Shown: positions 18,566 through 27,487 of the stretch, piece by piece | Layout: each line of letters opens with the position of its first letter | Numbering within the stretch: position 1 is the first letter of the stretch | IMG/VR virus record: IMGVR_UViG_3300046678_000420 | Coordinates: 1 to 64,000 of that record | Direction: 5' to 3' (one strand) | DNA: 64,000 nucleotides | DNA from: a virus | Lineage: Duplodnaviria; Caudoviricetes | The notes under the pieces: generated by a model | Seen by the model: only the letters and a program-made list of their open reading frames with translations | Databases searched by the model: none | Told to the model about the DNA's origin: nothing | Made by a program: the position numbers and the translations under genes

Positions 18566-19549
18566 ATGACAACAACTGAAACAATCCTTAACGTCGCGCG
18601 GGGCCAGCTCGGGACCATCGAGAACTCGGCCGGCGACACGCTTTACAGCGACTGGTACGGGCTGGCGGATGAGTCCTGGTGCGACATGTTCGTGTCGTGG
18701 GTGGGTGCGACCGCCGGGGCGGCGAACATCATCGGCCACTTCGCCTACTGCCCGTCTCACGTCAGCTGGTTCAAGAACCGGGGGCAGTGGGGCAAGGCGC
18801 CGAAGGTCGGCGCCATCGTGTTCTTCGACTGGAACGGCGACGGCGAGGCCGATCACGTCGGCATCGTGGAGACCGTCAACCCTGACGGCTCCGTGGGCAC
18901 GATCGAGGGCAACTCCACGAACCCGGCGGGCGGCCGGTACGGGGTATTCCGACACACCGAGTGGCCCAGTTCCATCCTGGGATATGGCTACCCGGCGTAT
19001 GACGCCGTGGGGAACGTGACCGCTGGCGCCCCGAAGACGTACACCGTGAAGCGCGGAGACACCCTCTTCGGTATCGCGGCGGTCCTGGGCGTGTCCTTGT
19101 CGGCTCTGCTCGCGGTGAACCCGAGCGAGGCAAAGCACCCGAACGCGATACAGCCGGGCGACGTTCTCAAGGTTCCGGCGGCTACGGCCCCGGCCACCGC
19201 GGGGCCGACTGTAAAGCCTCCGGCCGGCAAGCCGACCCCGGCCAAGCCGACTACGCCCACGCCGAAGCCTCCGGCTCCAGTGAGTAAGCCTCCGGTATCG
19301 GCTTCGCCGACCAGCCCCGCACACGCGCGGGTGCTGTCCTACGGCGCGTCTGGTGACGACGTGCGGCGCATTCAGCAGTGCCTGGCTGATCGCGGCTACA
19401 ACCAGCCCGTCACGGGCTGGTACGGCCCTATCACCTCGGGGAATGTCCGCTACTTCCTGTCGCTGCGCTCTTGGCTCTGGACCAAGGGCGTAGGCGGCCC
19501 GGACGGCATCGCCGGGCCTCTCACCCAGACCGAGATCTGCAAGTTCTAA
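18566..19549 (+). CDS. Endolysin: CHAP + LysM + Pro linker + peptidoglycan-binding domain
   Basis: WCDMFVSW, DHVGIV, TIEGN; YTVKRGDTLFGIA; LSYGASGDDVRRIQ. Confidence 0.9.
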   Translation: MTTTETILNVARGQLGTIENSAGDTLYSDWYGLADESWCDMFVSWVGATAGAANIIGHFAYCPSHVSWFKNRGQWGKAPKVGAIVFFDWNGDGEADHVGIVETVNPDGSVGTIEGNSTNPAGGRYGVFRHTEWPSSILGYGYPAYDAVGNVTAGAPKTYTVKRGDTLFGIAAVLGVSLSALLAVNPSEAKHPNAIQPGDVLKVPAATAPATAGPTVKPPAGKPTPAKPTTPTPKPPAPVSKPPVSASPTSPAHARVLSYGASGDDVRRIQQCLADRGYNQPVTGWYGPITSGNVRYFLSLRSWLWTKGVGGPDGIAGPLTQTEICKF

Positions 19550-19564
19550 TCCAAGGGGGAACGC

Positions 19565-19939
19565 ATGAACCTGTCTCTGTTCAAGTTCAAGGCCGCTACT
19601 GAGCCGGTATGGCTGGTTCAGGGCCTGTCGGCCCTGGTGTCGATCGGCTCCGCTGTCGCGGGTGGGGATGACTGGCGGTCCTACATTCCGGCTCTGCTCA
19701 CGGCAGCGTCCGCGCCGCTTCTGCGGTCCCGGGTGGTCCCGATTCAGAAGATGGCCGATCTGGTGAACATCGCTCTTCACACTCCGGCGCCGGGCGGCGG
19801 TCCGGTCATCGTGCAGGACGTGAAGGCCACCGTGAAGGACGCGGAGAAGACCATCCAGGACGTCATGAAGGCTGCGAACACCGCTGGCCTGACCGTGTCC
19901 ACGCCTTCGGGTCCGGCGGTTCTGCCGCCTCAGCACTAA
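19565..19939 (+). CDS. Putative holin
   Basis: After endolysin; EPVW..two hydrophobic helices..LRSRVVP. Confidence 0.65.
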   Translation: MNLSLFKFKAATEPVWLVQGLSALVSIGSAVAGGDDWRSYIPALLTAASAPLLRSRVVPIQKMADLVNIALHTPAPGGGPVIVQDVKATVKDAEKTIQDVMKAANTAGLTVSTPSGPAVLPPQH

Positions 19940-19986
19940 CCGGCGGAGAGCTGTAAAGCTCCCCGCTGGCCTACCGGAAACGAGTA

Positions 19987-20017
19987 GCCCCCTGCCCTCT
20001 GGCAGGGGGCCTTTTTT
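19987..20017 (+). terminator. Intrinsic terminator ending late operon
   Basis: gccccctgcc-ctct-ggcagggggc followed by T6. Confidence 0.85.
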
Positions 20018-20021
20018 CATA

Positions 20022-20058
20022 TCTCCCTTGACACGTCTTGCGTCAAATGGATTACACT
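20022..20058 (+). promoter_or_regulatory. Promoter for integrase operon with overlapping operator variants
   Basis: TTGACA (20028) .. TACACT (20053); tgcgtcaaatggatta at 20039. Confidence 0.5.
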
Positions 20059-20103
20059 TGAGTTCGTTCCCGCAGGTGGCGGGCCTGATTGGAGGTGTGC
20101 CGG

Positions 20104-20286
20104 GTGACCATTCAGCGCCGTATCAACTCGACAGCAGTGGATAGCGACGGCAATGAGAACACTGCTAGATTCCGGCACGGCGCACGGTCCGGCCCGCACG
20201 TTACCTCTTGGGCGTGTTCAGCGGAGCCCGACTCCGCCAAATATCGCAGGCTTCTGGGGCTGCTCTTCGACGTGGACCAGCCGTAA
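20104..20286 (+). CDS. Small basic protein upstream of integrase (60 aa)
   Basis: GGAGG RBS, GTG start, in ORF track frame. Confidence 0.5.
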   Translation: MTIQRRINSTAVDSDGNENTARFRHGARSGPHVTSWACSAEPDSAKYRRLLGLLFDVDQP

Positions 20287-20355
20287 GGACCTGAACATGG
20301 GTGACCCCGGCGGTGCGCTAACACCCCGGGGTCTGGCCAGTCTGGAAGGACTGAC

Positions 20356-22428
20356 ATGACGAACGGTACTCGTTTTCGTGACCCTGGCCTCCGTAACGCG
20401 CAACTTCGCGCGGCGGCATACGGGCGGGTTTCTACGGCGGATCAGGTACTCGGGTACGGGGTTGCGGACCAAGATCAATCGTTCGACCAATGGGAGCGCG
20501 AGAACCCCACGGCTACCGTGGTCGGCCGGTTCTACGACCTGGCCGTGAGCGGCGCACTCGAAACCCGCGACGAGATGGAAAAGGTCGAAGAACTCGCCCA
20601 CGCGAAAAAGGTCAACTGCATCGTTGTCCCCAAGGTTGACCGCATCGGCCGGACCGTCCGGGCTTCCCTTCAGTGGGTCTGGCGCATGCAGGACATCGGC
20701 GTTCACTTCATCTCGATTCATGAGCGCATCGACACCAGCGAGCCGTTTGGCATGGAACGCTTCATGCGCTACGTCGAGTTTGCCGAGATGGAGTATCAGC
20801 GCATCCGTGAGCGCACCATGGGCGGCAAGGAGATCAAGGTAGCCCTTGGCGGCTGGCCTGGCGGACCGGCGCCGTATGGCTTCGAAATCGTGGGGAAGGG
20901 GCAGCGGGGATCAACCCTAGGTCCCTGCGCTGCCGAGATCACCGTCTTGGAAGAGGCCGTCTCCCTGCTGGTGGACGAGGGATTCAACTACGGTCAGACC
21001 GCCACGGCGCTGAACTCACTGAGCCTCTTCAACCGGTCCGGCGGCCCGTGGGACGGGGCAAACCTTCATCTGCGACTGCGGCACACCGCGCTTGACGGCT
21101 ACGTGACGTACCGGAAGACCACCGGGTACGGCGCGAACAAGACCAAGGTGTGGGAAGACGGAACGCCGGTTTACGGCGAGTCGATACAGATTCCCGTCCC
21201 GCAGATACTTCCGGGCGAGAGGGTTACGGCACTCAGGGCGGCCATGAAGCGCTTGGAGCCGAAGAACGCCCGCCGCCCGAATGAGGAATACCCGCTGTCG
21301 AAGCGCATCCACGGCTCATGCGGTCACGTGTACGTGGGCAACATGGCGCGGACAAGTTACAACAAGCGTGGATACGTGTGCCAAGGAGGGCTCGCCTTCT
21401 ACGTGAAGAACAAGGAAGAGCGCTGCGATGACGGGCGGCTCGACGCGGACGCTATTGAGCAAGCCGTGTGGGAGCAGGTCGTCAAGCTTCTGGGCGACGA
21501 CAAGCGGCTTCGCGCCCTCGCCCAAGACTGGATAGCTGCGCTGCCCGGGAACCGGGACAAGTATCAGGAACGCGAAGCGTCCCTGATCAAGCAGGTGAAG
21601 AAGCAGAAGGATCTTATTGACCGGCGAGTCGTGGACTACGTCAAGCAGGGGGTAGACGCCAAGATCATGACTGCCGCAACCAAGGCCCTGGAGAAGGAGC
21701 TTGGCGACATGGAGACGCAGCTTGCAGAGGCTCAGCACTGGCTCCAGCAAAACGAGCAGGCCGCCGGGCAGATCGAACGCATCAGCGCCCTAGCGTCTGG
21801 CGCTGCGGGTCGTCTGTTGTCGATGGGACGTGCCGAGCGGGCCGAGATCATCGCCATGTTTGATATCGAGGTCACTCCGCAGGATCATCGGATCTTCGTG
21901 GACAATGGCGGTAACAAAGGCGAAGCCGTGGAGTGGCACTTGGAGACCGGGAGCCTTGTCCCTGATGCGGTCTCCGAGGACGAGTGGTCGAAGGTCGAGA
22001 TGTTCTTGTCCGAGCGAGGCTCTATGCCCAACCTCCGGGGAGGGTCGCACCCGCGTTTGGTCGTGAACGGAATCCTGCTCAAGCTCCGCACGGGCGTTGC
22101 CTGGCGTGATGTCCCCGAGGAGTACGGCAACTGGCGGAAGGTGCAGCGTTGGCAATTCGACTGGATGCAGCGTGGCGTCTGGCCCGAACTGGTGGCGCTT
22201 CTGAACGAGCGGGGAGGCGGTAGCCCGGTCTACCGGGTGCCGCCGCTTCCGCCGCTCGTCATCACCGGGAAGCTGTTCGCGGACCTCATCACGTCCCTGG
22301 ACACCGTGCCGGCGGAGAGCTTTAAAGCGGAGGGCGGAACGGTACACGCTCCGTATGGGAAAACCGGCCTATCCAGTCCAGCTACTTCATATAGTCCGTG
22401 TACCTTTAGCCTCACCTACACCGGCTGA
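20356..22428 (+). CDS. int: Large serine recombinase (integrase) with IS5-transposase-like DUF4096 segment near C-terminus
   Basis: YGRVST catalytic Ser, KVDRIGR, GGPAPYG, zinc ribbon, coiled coil; EWSKVE..VNGILLKLRTGVAWRDVPEEYGNW..W. Confidence 0.9.
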   Translation: MTNGTRFRDPGLRNAQLRAAAYGRVSTADQVLGYGVADQDQSFDQWERENPTATVVGRFYDLAVSGALETRDEMEKVEELAHAKKVNCIVVPKVDRIGRTVRASLQWVWRMQDIGVHFISIHERIDTSEPFGMERFMRYVEFAEMEYQRIRERTMGGKEIKVALGGWPGGPAPYGFEIVGKGQRGSTLGPCAAEITVLEEAVSLLVDEGFNYGQTATALNSLSLFNRSGGPWDGANLHLRLRHTALDGYVTYRKTTGYGANKTKVWEDGTPVYGESIQIPVPQILPGERVTALRAAMKRLEPKNARRPNEEYPLSKRIHGSCGHVYVGNMARTSYNKRGYVCQGGLAFYVKNKEERCDDGRLDADAIEQAVWEQVVKLLGDDKRLRALAQDWIAALPGNRDKYQEREASLIKQVKKQKDLIDRRVVDYVKQGVDAKIMTAATKALEKELGDMETQLAEAQHWLQQNEQAAGQIERISALASGAAGRLLSMGRAERAEIIAMFDIEVTPQDHRIFVDNGGNKGEAVEWHLETGSLVPDAVSEDEWSKVEMFLSERGSMPNLRGGSHPRLVVNGILLKLRTGVAWRDVPEEYGNWRKVQRWQFDWMQRGVWPELVALLNERGGGSPVYRVPPLPPLVITGKLFADLITSLDTVPAESFKAEGGTVHAPYGKTGLSSPATSYSPCTFSLTYTG

Positions 22429-22494
22429 CCTGCTCTCGGGCGACTTTAAGCGTGTCCTCAGGGCCCCCTTAGAGTCGGCCCCTACCCTTGCTCC

Positions 22495-22869
22495 ATGGAT
22501 GAGAATCGTGCCCGCCGCGTCGTGGATGCCCTCCGCGAACGCGGCGTGGACGCGCACATGGCGAAGGTGAGCGTCTACCAGTTCGGCGTGCGAGTGATGC
22601 TCCCCGACGGTCGGCAAGCAGAGTGGGATACAGACAACACAGTCGCGCTGGAAGCGCAGGTCCTCCGGGATGGGGTATTGGTGGGTTTCGTCCCCACGCT
22701 CCCGGGTTCTGAGGATTTCGACGAACAGCAGACCATCGACGCGATCCTGACCACGGACTATGACCAGCCGATAGCGACCCGGCGGACTGCGCCCCTGCCG
22801 CCCTTGAAGGCGCTGCCACGCGAGGGCGGCGTGTTCCGCCGGTTCCTCGAAGGCTTCCGGGAGCGCTAG
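22495..22869 (+). CDS. Host-like conserved actinomycete hypothetical protein
   Basis: Resembles, from memory, a widespread Streptomyces chromosomal protein (LPDGR..WDTD..LEAQV.RDGVLVGFVP..DYD); not verified. Confidence 0.65.
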   Translation: MDENRARRVVDALRERGVDAHMAKVSVYQFGVRVMLPDGRQAEWDTDNTVALEAQVLRDGVLVGFVPTLPGSEDFDEQQTIDAILTTDYDQPIATRRTAPLPPLKALPREGGVFRRFLEGFRER

Positions 22870-22994
22870 CTGCTTTACAGCTCGCGGTCGGCACACCGCC
22901 CTGCCCTGCTCACGGTTTGCTCACACTCCTTTGCCGATCTTTTACGGAGCGGGTTCGAGGGGCCTCTTCGGTATAGACGGGCCGCTCTTGGTTC

Positions 22995-23010
22995 TAGAAC
23001 GCGCGTTCGA
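22995..23010. promoter_or_regulatory. LexA (SOS) box-like site
   Basis: TAGAAC-GCGC-GTTCGA versus actinobacterial TCGAAC-N4-GTTCGA (1 mismatch). Confidence 0.55.
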
Positions 23011-23280
23011 ACTCATTAGTTCTGACGTGCAACGAACCCGGACGCCTGACCCACTGGTCTATTTGCTACAGCGTGTAATAGTTGCCCGCTGTAAACACAG
23101 GGCCCTTATGTATTTAATGAGCATAACCCTCTTGACCAGCGGCGGAGCAGAAGCCTTTAGGAATAGGCTCGCTTGTCAAGGGAGATAGGATCGCTTAGAG
23201 TAATCCCCACGCGGTCGGCAATCCGGCCCGCGCGGGCCCGCAGGGGGCATGACTATTGGTTGGATGGGACATCGGTAGCC

Positions 23281-23763
23281 ATGGGAACCGAACGAGTGAT
23301 CAAGGCCTCTAACGCCGAGATCGCGGCGCAGCTTGAGGCCGGTAAGACCACGGCCGAACTCGCCGAGAAATACGGCGTGCAGCCTCAGTCAATTAGACGG
23401 GTTGCCCGGCTGGCCGGATGGGGCCCCGGGCGCGCCGCCAGCACTCGCGTGCTGCCCTGGCGGGGCATCGGCCCAGCCGCTCACTCACCCGCCGCGAGGG
23501 GTCTCCGCGCGCAGCTCCGCATCGAAGCTGTAGCCGAGGAGCAGGGGATTAGCCGCGATGAGGCAGCGGAGCAGGAACTGTCAGGCCGCAACCTGATCAC
23601 TTACCGAAACTGGAAGGCGGAGCGGGACGCCACTGACACCGTCGTCATGTTTGATCGGGACCTTGGTCCCAGCTCCGACAACCCGGCGTCGCCGGAGCAT
23701 GGGCTTCTGTACTACGCCAAAAGGCGTGAGGACACGCCCAAGGATCAGTATTACCAGTTGTAA
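23281..23763 (+). CDS. Immunity repressor, L5 gp71-like
   Basis: N-terminal HTH (TAELAEKYGVQPQSI), LPW, H..ARGLR, W..D.VVMFD, Y..RR; start uncertain (23260 or 23281). Confidence 0.7.
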   Translation: MGTERVIKASNAEIAAQLEAGKTTAELAEKYGVQPQSIRRVARLAGWGPGRAASTRVLPWRGIGPAAHSPAARGLRAQLRIEAVAEEQGISRDEAAEQELSGRNLITYRNWKAERDATDTVVMFDRDLGPSSDNPASPEHGLLYYAKRREDTPKDQYYQL

Positions 23764-24330
23764 TCAGTAAGTCAGCGAAAAGTGAGGGTACTCGCCTAGG
23801 GCGGGTGCCCTTTTGTTTTGTTACTCGTCAGTAAATTTTGCTCGACCATGGCAGCTTGTTAACCGTTCACGTAAGGCCCTAGGGTGTGGTCCACGGCGGA
23901 CAGCCAACCCGGCAACGCTCCTGGTCAAGGTGGGGATAACAGCACGTCAGTACGGCCGGACCGCGTCCGGGGAACGGAGTCAGGTTGTGGCGGGGACAGC
24001 GGTATGCGCGGGAGAGGCGCCCGCATCTTGCATCGATGCAGCACCGCAGTGCGTTGTGTGCGGGGAGGGCTCCGGCAGGGCCCTGGGCCGCTTTCTCGGG
24101 GAGTACCAACTCCACATAGATCTTGGCGCGGAAGCGTGGGAGTGGAGCTTTGAACGGTCAACTCTCATCTTCATAGCTGGTAGCCACACCCTCGCGGAAA
24201 GTAGTTACCGTAACTCGATTGACGCAGGCGTACGAGTGCCCTACTGTTCTACTTGTGCCGCTGAGACAGCGGCCGACAGAGGGCTTCTACCGGGTACGGC
24301 AATCGTCGTCTACGCCGAGTAAAAGAATTC

Positions 24331-24361
24331 AGGGCCTCCCGCACTAGCGGGTGGGCCCTTT
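24331..24361 (+). terminator. Stem-loop terminator
   Basis: agggcctcccgc-acta-gcgggtgggccc-ttt. Confidence 0.6.
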
Positions 24362-24407
24362 CTTGCGCCCTCTGTGTAACTCACTTGACGCATGGAGGTC
24401 GGACTAA

Positions 24408-24722
24408 TTGAGTGACACGATCGAGCAGGGCGCACGACACGAGTTCGCTTCCGGTCAGTACCCGGAAGACCTGTTCTCCTTCCAGGCGATCACCAATCAC
24501 GACGGCCGGGCCGCCCTGTCCCTGTCCATCTCCGAGGGCTCCAGCGTCTTCGCCGAAACGGTCCTCACCCTTCCCCAGCTCGCTGAGTTCGCTCGGAGCA
24601 TGCTCGCCGCACTAACGCAGGTGGCCGAGCTGGAACAGGCAAGCTTCGCCGGTCGCTGGCTCGACAGGCTGAAGGCCGGGATCGTCGAGAACCCGTTCAA
24701 GCCGTCCGAGGACGGCTCCTGA
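24408..24722 (+). CDS. Hypothetical protein, first early gene
   Basis: GGAGG RBS; operator at 24377 just upstream. Confidence 0.65.
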   Translation: MSDTIEQGARHEFASGQYPEDLFSFQAITNHDGRAALSLSISEGSSVFAETVLTLPQLAEFARSMLAALTQVAELEQASFAGRWLDRLKAGIVENPFKPSEDGS

Positions 24723-25567
24723 CGGCCACACACCGGTCCGTCTCACAGCTCACTACGTGGGCTCGTTGCGGGGAGTCCTACAGGCTCGAACGAGTCGCCA
24801 GGGCTCCGCAGACACCCGCCGCGTGGACTCTCCAGGGCACGGCCGTTCACGCGGCCGTGGAGGCCTTCGAGAAGTCCGGACGGGTGATCGGTCATGACGG
24901 CGCGCTGGAGGTCTACTACGCGGCTTGGGACGCCGGTCTAGCAGAGATGCAGGCCCGGGAGCCCGACATGTCGAAGTGGCTCACCGGCTCGAAGACGACA
25001 GGCTTTACAGACGCTGGCCGGCGTCGCGGACGCGGAGCCGATCAGGTCATCGGCTACTGCCTCGCTGTCCGGTCGAGCCCGTTCGTGATCTGGGAGTCCC
25101 CAGACGGCCCCGCCGTCGAGTTGGAGTTCCGCATCACGCTCGGTGGCGTCGAAGTCGTCGGCTTCATCGACCAAGTCTTAGAAGCCCCTGACGGGGGCTT
25201 GCACGTCCGAGACCTCAAGACCGGTACCAAGCTTCCCGACAGCCCGCTTCAGCTCGGCGTCTACGCCGAAGCGGTGGAGCAGACATGGGGGATTCGCCCC
25301 CGCTGGGGCGACTACTTCATGTGCAAGAACAACGCACCGACCAAGCCAGCCGACTTGAGCGGCTACACGGCGGACCGCTTGGGCCGCTGGTTCGCGCGGC
25401 TGGACCGCGCAGTCAAAGCAGGCGTCTTCATCCCGTCCCCCGGGGACGCCTGCCGAACGTGTGCCGTGGCGCGCTGGTGCGACGCGGTGGGGGAAGACCC
25501 AGACACCTACGGAGGCGGCATTGACCCTGAAATACAACACCTCACTGAAGTACGGCGCGGCCCATGA
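24719..25567 (+). CDS. PD-(D/E)XK exonuclease (RecB/Cas4-like)
   Basis: HRSVSQL..C..YRL, GTAVH, GFIDQV, DLKTG, QLGVY, C..C....C; N-terminus extends to CTG at 24719. Confidence 0.85.
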   Translation: MTATHRSVSQLTTWARCGESYRLERVARAPQTPAAWTLQGTAVHAAVEAFEKSGRVIGHDGALEVYYAAWDAGLAEMQAREPDMSKWLTGSKTTGFTDAGRRRGRGADQVIGYCLAVRSSPFVIWESPDGPAVELEFRITLGGVEVVGFIDQVLEAPDGGLHVRDLKTGTKLPDSPLQLGVYAEAVEQTWGIRPRWGDYFMCKNNAPTKPADLSGYTADRLGRWFARLDRAVKAGVFIPSPGDACRTCAVARWCDAVGEDPDTYGGGIDPEIQHLTEVRRGP

Positions 25568-25919
25568 CGCGCCCTGGCTGACCGTCGAGTCCGACAATGA
25601 GGAGGAGCTGCACGCCGCGTTGGCGTCGCTGGCCGCTCCGGATTCCGACTTCTTCGCTGTGCTCGGTCGTGCCATCGGCGCGTTCAAGACCGGCGGTGTC
25701 CTAGGTGAGGTTCTGGGCGCTCAGGTGCTCCCCTCGGCTCAGGCTCCGGCTGTGCCGGCCGGAGGCTTTACAGCTCCCCCCGCGGTTCCGCAGGGCGGCG
25801 GTGAGGCGAAGTACTGCGCTCACGGGCTGCGCAACTTCAAGAGCGGCACCAACAAGAACGGCAAGGCGTACAGCGGATACTTCTGCTCGGCGAACCAGTG
25901 CCCGCCCGAGTGGGGCTGA
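25521..25919 (+). CDS. Hypothetical protein with C-terminal Cys/His motif
   Basis: GGAGG RBS, TTG start; HDAPWL; CAHG..YFC..C. Confidence 0.65.
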   Translation: MTLKYNTSLKYGAAHDAPWLTVESDNEEELHAALASLAAPDSDFFAVLGRAIGAFKTGGVLGEVLGAQVLPSAQAPAVPAGGFTAPPAVPQGGGEAKYCAHGLRNFKSGTNKNGKAYSGYFCSANQCPPEWG

Positions 25920-25927
25920 TTCGCTGA

Positions 25928-26725
25928 ATGCTGAGTCTTGCCCGCGCACGCTTCACGCGGGGCTCAGCCGGTGAACCCCTTCCCGCAGTCTTCAAGGCCC
26001 TCTCCGGCCAAGGTGTCCACTTCCGCCAGGGGCAGCTAGCACTCATCGCGGCTGCCCCCGGTGTGGGCAAATCCCTGCTCTCCCTCACGCTCGCTATCCG
26101 GGCCGGTCTGCCATGCCTGTATTTCTCGGCGGACACGGACCAGGCCACCATGACCATTCGCGCTGCCGCGATGGTCTCCGGCTGGACGACGGGGGACATA
26201 GAGCAGGCCCTAGACGCGGGAATGACGGAAACGCTTGATGTGCAGCTACACAAGTGGTCGCACATTCAGTTTGACTTCAAGGCGTCGCCCACAGCGACGG
26301 ACGTCGAAGAGGAACTGAAAGCGTTCCGTCAGGTTTACGGCGACTGGCCCTCACTCATCGTTGTTGACAACATCTCGAATCTCGACAACGAGCTGAACAC
26401 TGACGGCTTCCAGTCCCTCGAAGGGACTTGTGACTTTCTGCATGAGCTGGCCCGGGAAACCGGCGCTTGTGTGGTTGGTCTCCACCACGTAACCGGCGAC
26501 TTTGACGACGGCACTAAGCCCCCGTCTTTGTCTTCCCTCCGGGGCAAGGTGTCGAAGGTCCCGGAGTTGGTCTTGGCTCTTCACCGCATAGGCGGAGATT
26601 CCTACGAGGGGAATCGGTCTATCGGTGTCAGCCCGGTGAAGAACCGGACCGGGAAGTCTGACCCGTCCGGCGGATGGTTTCTTCCGCTGGCTGTCGATCT
26701 CGAACGAATGGCGGTGACTGGATGA
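25928..26725 (+). CDS. DnaB-like/RecA-fold helicase (AAA ATPase)
   Basis: AAPGVGKS, IVVDNI, LHH, VKNRTG. Confidence 0.88.
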   Translation: MLSLARARFTRGSAGEPLPAVFKALSGQGVHFRQGQLALIAAAPGVGKSLLSLTLAIRAGLPCLYFSADTDQATMTIRAAAMVSGWTTGDIEQALDAGMTETLDVQLHKWSHIQFDFKASPTATDVEEELKAFRQVYGDWPSLIVVDNISNLDNELNTDGFQSLEGTCDFLHELARETGACVVGLHHVTGDFDDGTKPPSLSSLRGKVSKVPELVLALHRIGGDSYEGNRSIGVSPVKNRTGKSDPSGGWFLPLAVDLERMAVTG

Positions 26726-27114
26726 CGAATGGTCGCGCCAGCAAGTCCAAGGGCTACCGGGGTGAAACCGAATTCGTGGAGGCCGCGATAGAGGAAGGGT
26801 TCCCCGAAGCCGGACGCAACGGCAGCGTCTACGGATCGAAGGACCGGGGAGATGTCCACGGCATTCCCGGGTGGGTGATTCAGGTCAAGAGCGTGGCCGT
26901 AGCCCAGATCCCTTCCTTCATCAAGGACGCCTCAGAGCAGGCGGTGAACGCTGGTGTTCGCCTCTACTGCGTCGCTTTAAAGCTGCGCGGCAAGCACATG
27001 CGAGAAGGCGTCATCGTGATGCCGGTCAAACAGTGGTTCGGGATGGTGAGAGAAGCGGAGGAGATGCGTGCAGAGATCAAGGCACTCCGGCGGCTCCTCA
27101 ATCCCGAAGCTTGA
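26722..27114 (+). CDS. Holliday junction resolvase-like nuclease
   Basis: SKSKGYRGE, DRGDVHG, VIQVK. Confidence 0.75.
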   Translation: MTNGRASKSKGYRGETEFVEAAIEEGFPEAGRNGSVYGSKDRGDVHGIPGWVIQVKSVAVAQIPSFIKDASEQAVNAGVRLYCVALKLRGKHMREGVIVMPVKQWFGMVREAEEMRAEIKALRRLLNPEA

Positions 27115-27487
27115 CATCGCACAGGTACTCGAACACTACGGCGCATCGCACGTTCCGGAAGGCCGTGAACGCTCCATGCGATGCCCCTTTCACGGGGAGG
27201 ACCGAACGCCTTCCGGCTCGGTCAACACGGACACTGGCCTGTTCTTTTGTTTCACCTGCGGGATTGGTGGGGACGGTTGGGCACTCATTCAGGCAAGGGA
27301 GGGATTGAGCTTTCGTGAAGCTCGCGAGTTCGCGGCTGGCGTATTTGGCGCAGGCGACGGAGACATACAGCAAGGCCCTTCGCGGGTCACTCGCCGACGA
27401 GTATTTGACGACGAAGCGGGGACTGAGCGCGGACAGCAAGACATATTTTCGGCTGGGCTTCGTCGCCGACCCTTTGCCGGGTCATGA
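27068..27487 (+). CDS. Primase zinc-binding domain (CHC2)
   Basis: CPFHGEDRTPS, FFCFTC. Confidence 0.85.
   Translation: MQRSRHSGGSSIPKLDIAQVLEHYGASHVPEGRERSMRCPFHGEDRTPSGSVNTDTGLFFCFTCGIGGDGWALIQAREGLSFREAREFAAGVFGAGDGDIQQGPSRVTRRRVFDDEAGTERGQQDIFSAGLRRRPFAGS

Larger units (their letters stand above)
1..22430 (+). mobile_element. Prophage A, right part (packaging, head, tail, lysis, integrase); left part is outside the window
   Basis: Contiguous terS-terL-portal-protease-capsid-tail-lysis-serine recombinase order; right boundary inferred, att not identified. Confidence 0.85.

Noticed and set aside
21950-22230. IS5 element inserted in the integrase
   Set aside because: No DDE domain, terminal inverted repeats or frame break; treated as a domain fusion instead.
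23813-24322. 169-aa ORF after the repressor
   Set aside because: Weak TTG start without RBS, atypical codons and an internal operator; the distal Cys-rich part could still be a shorter real gene.
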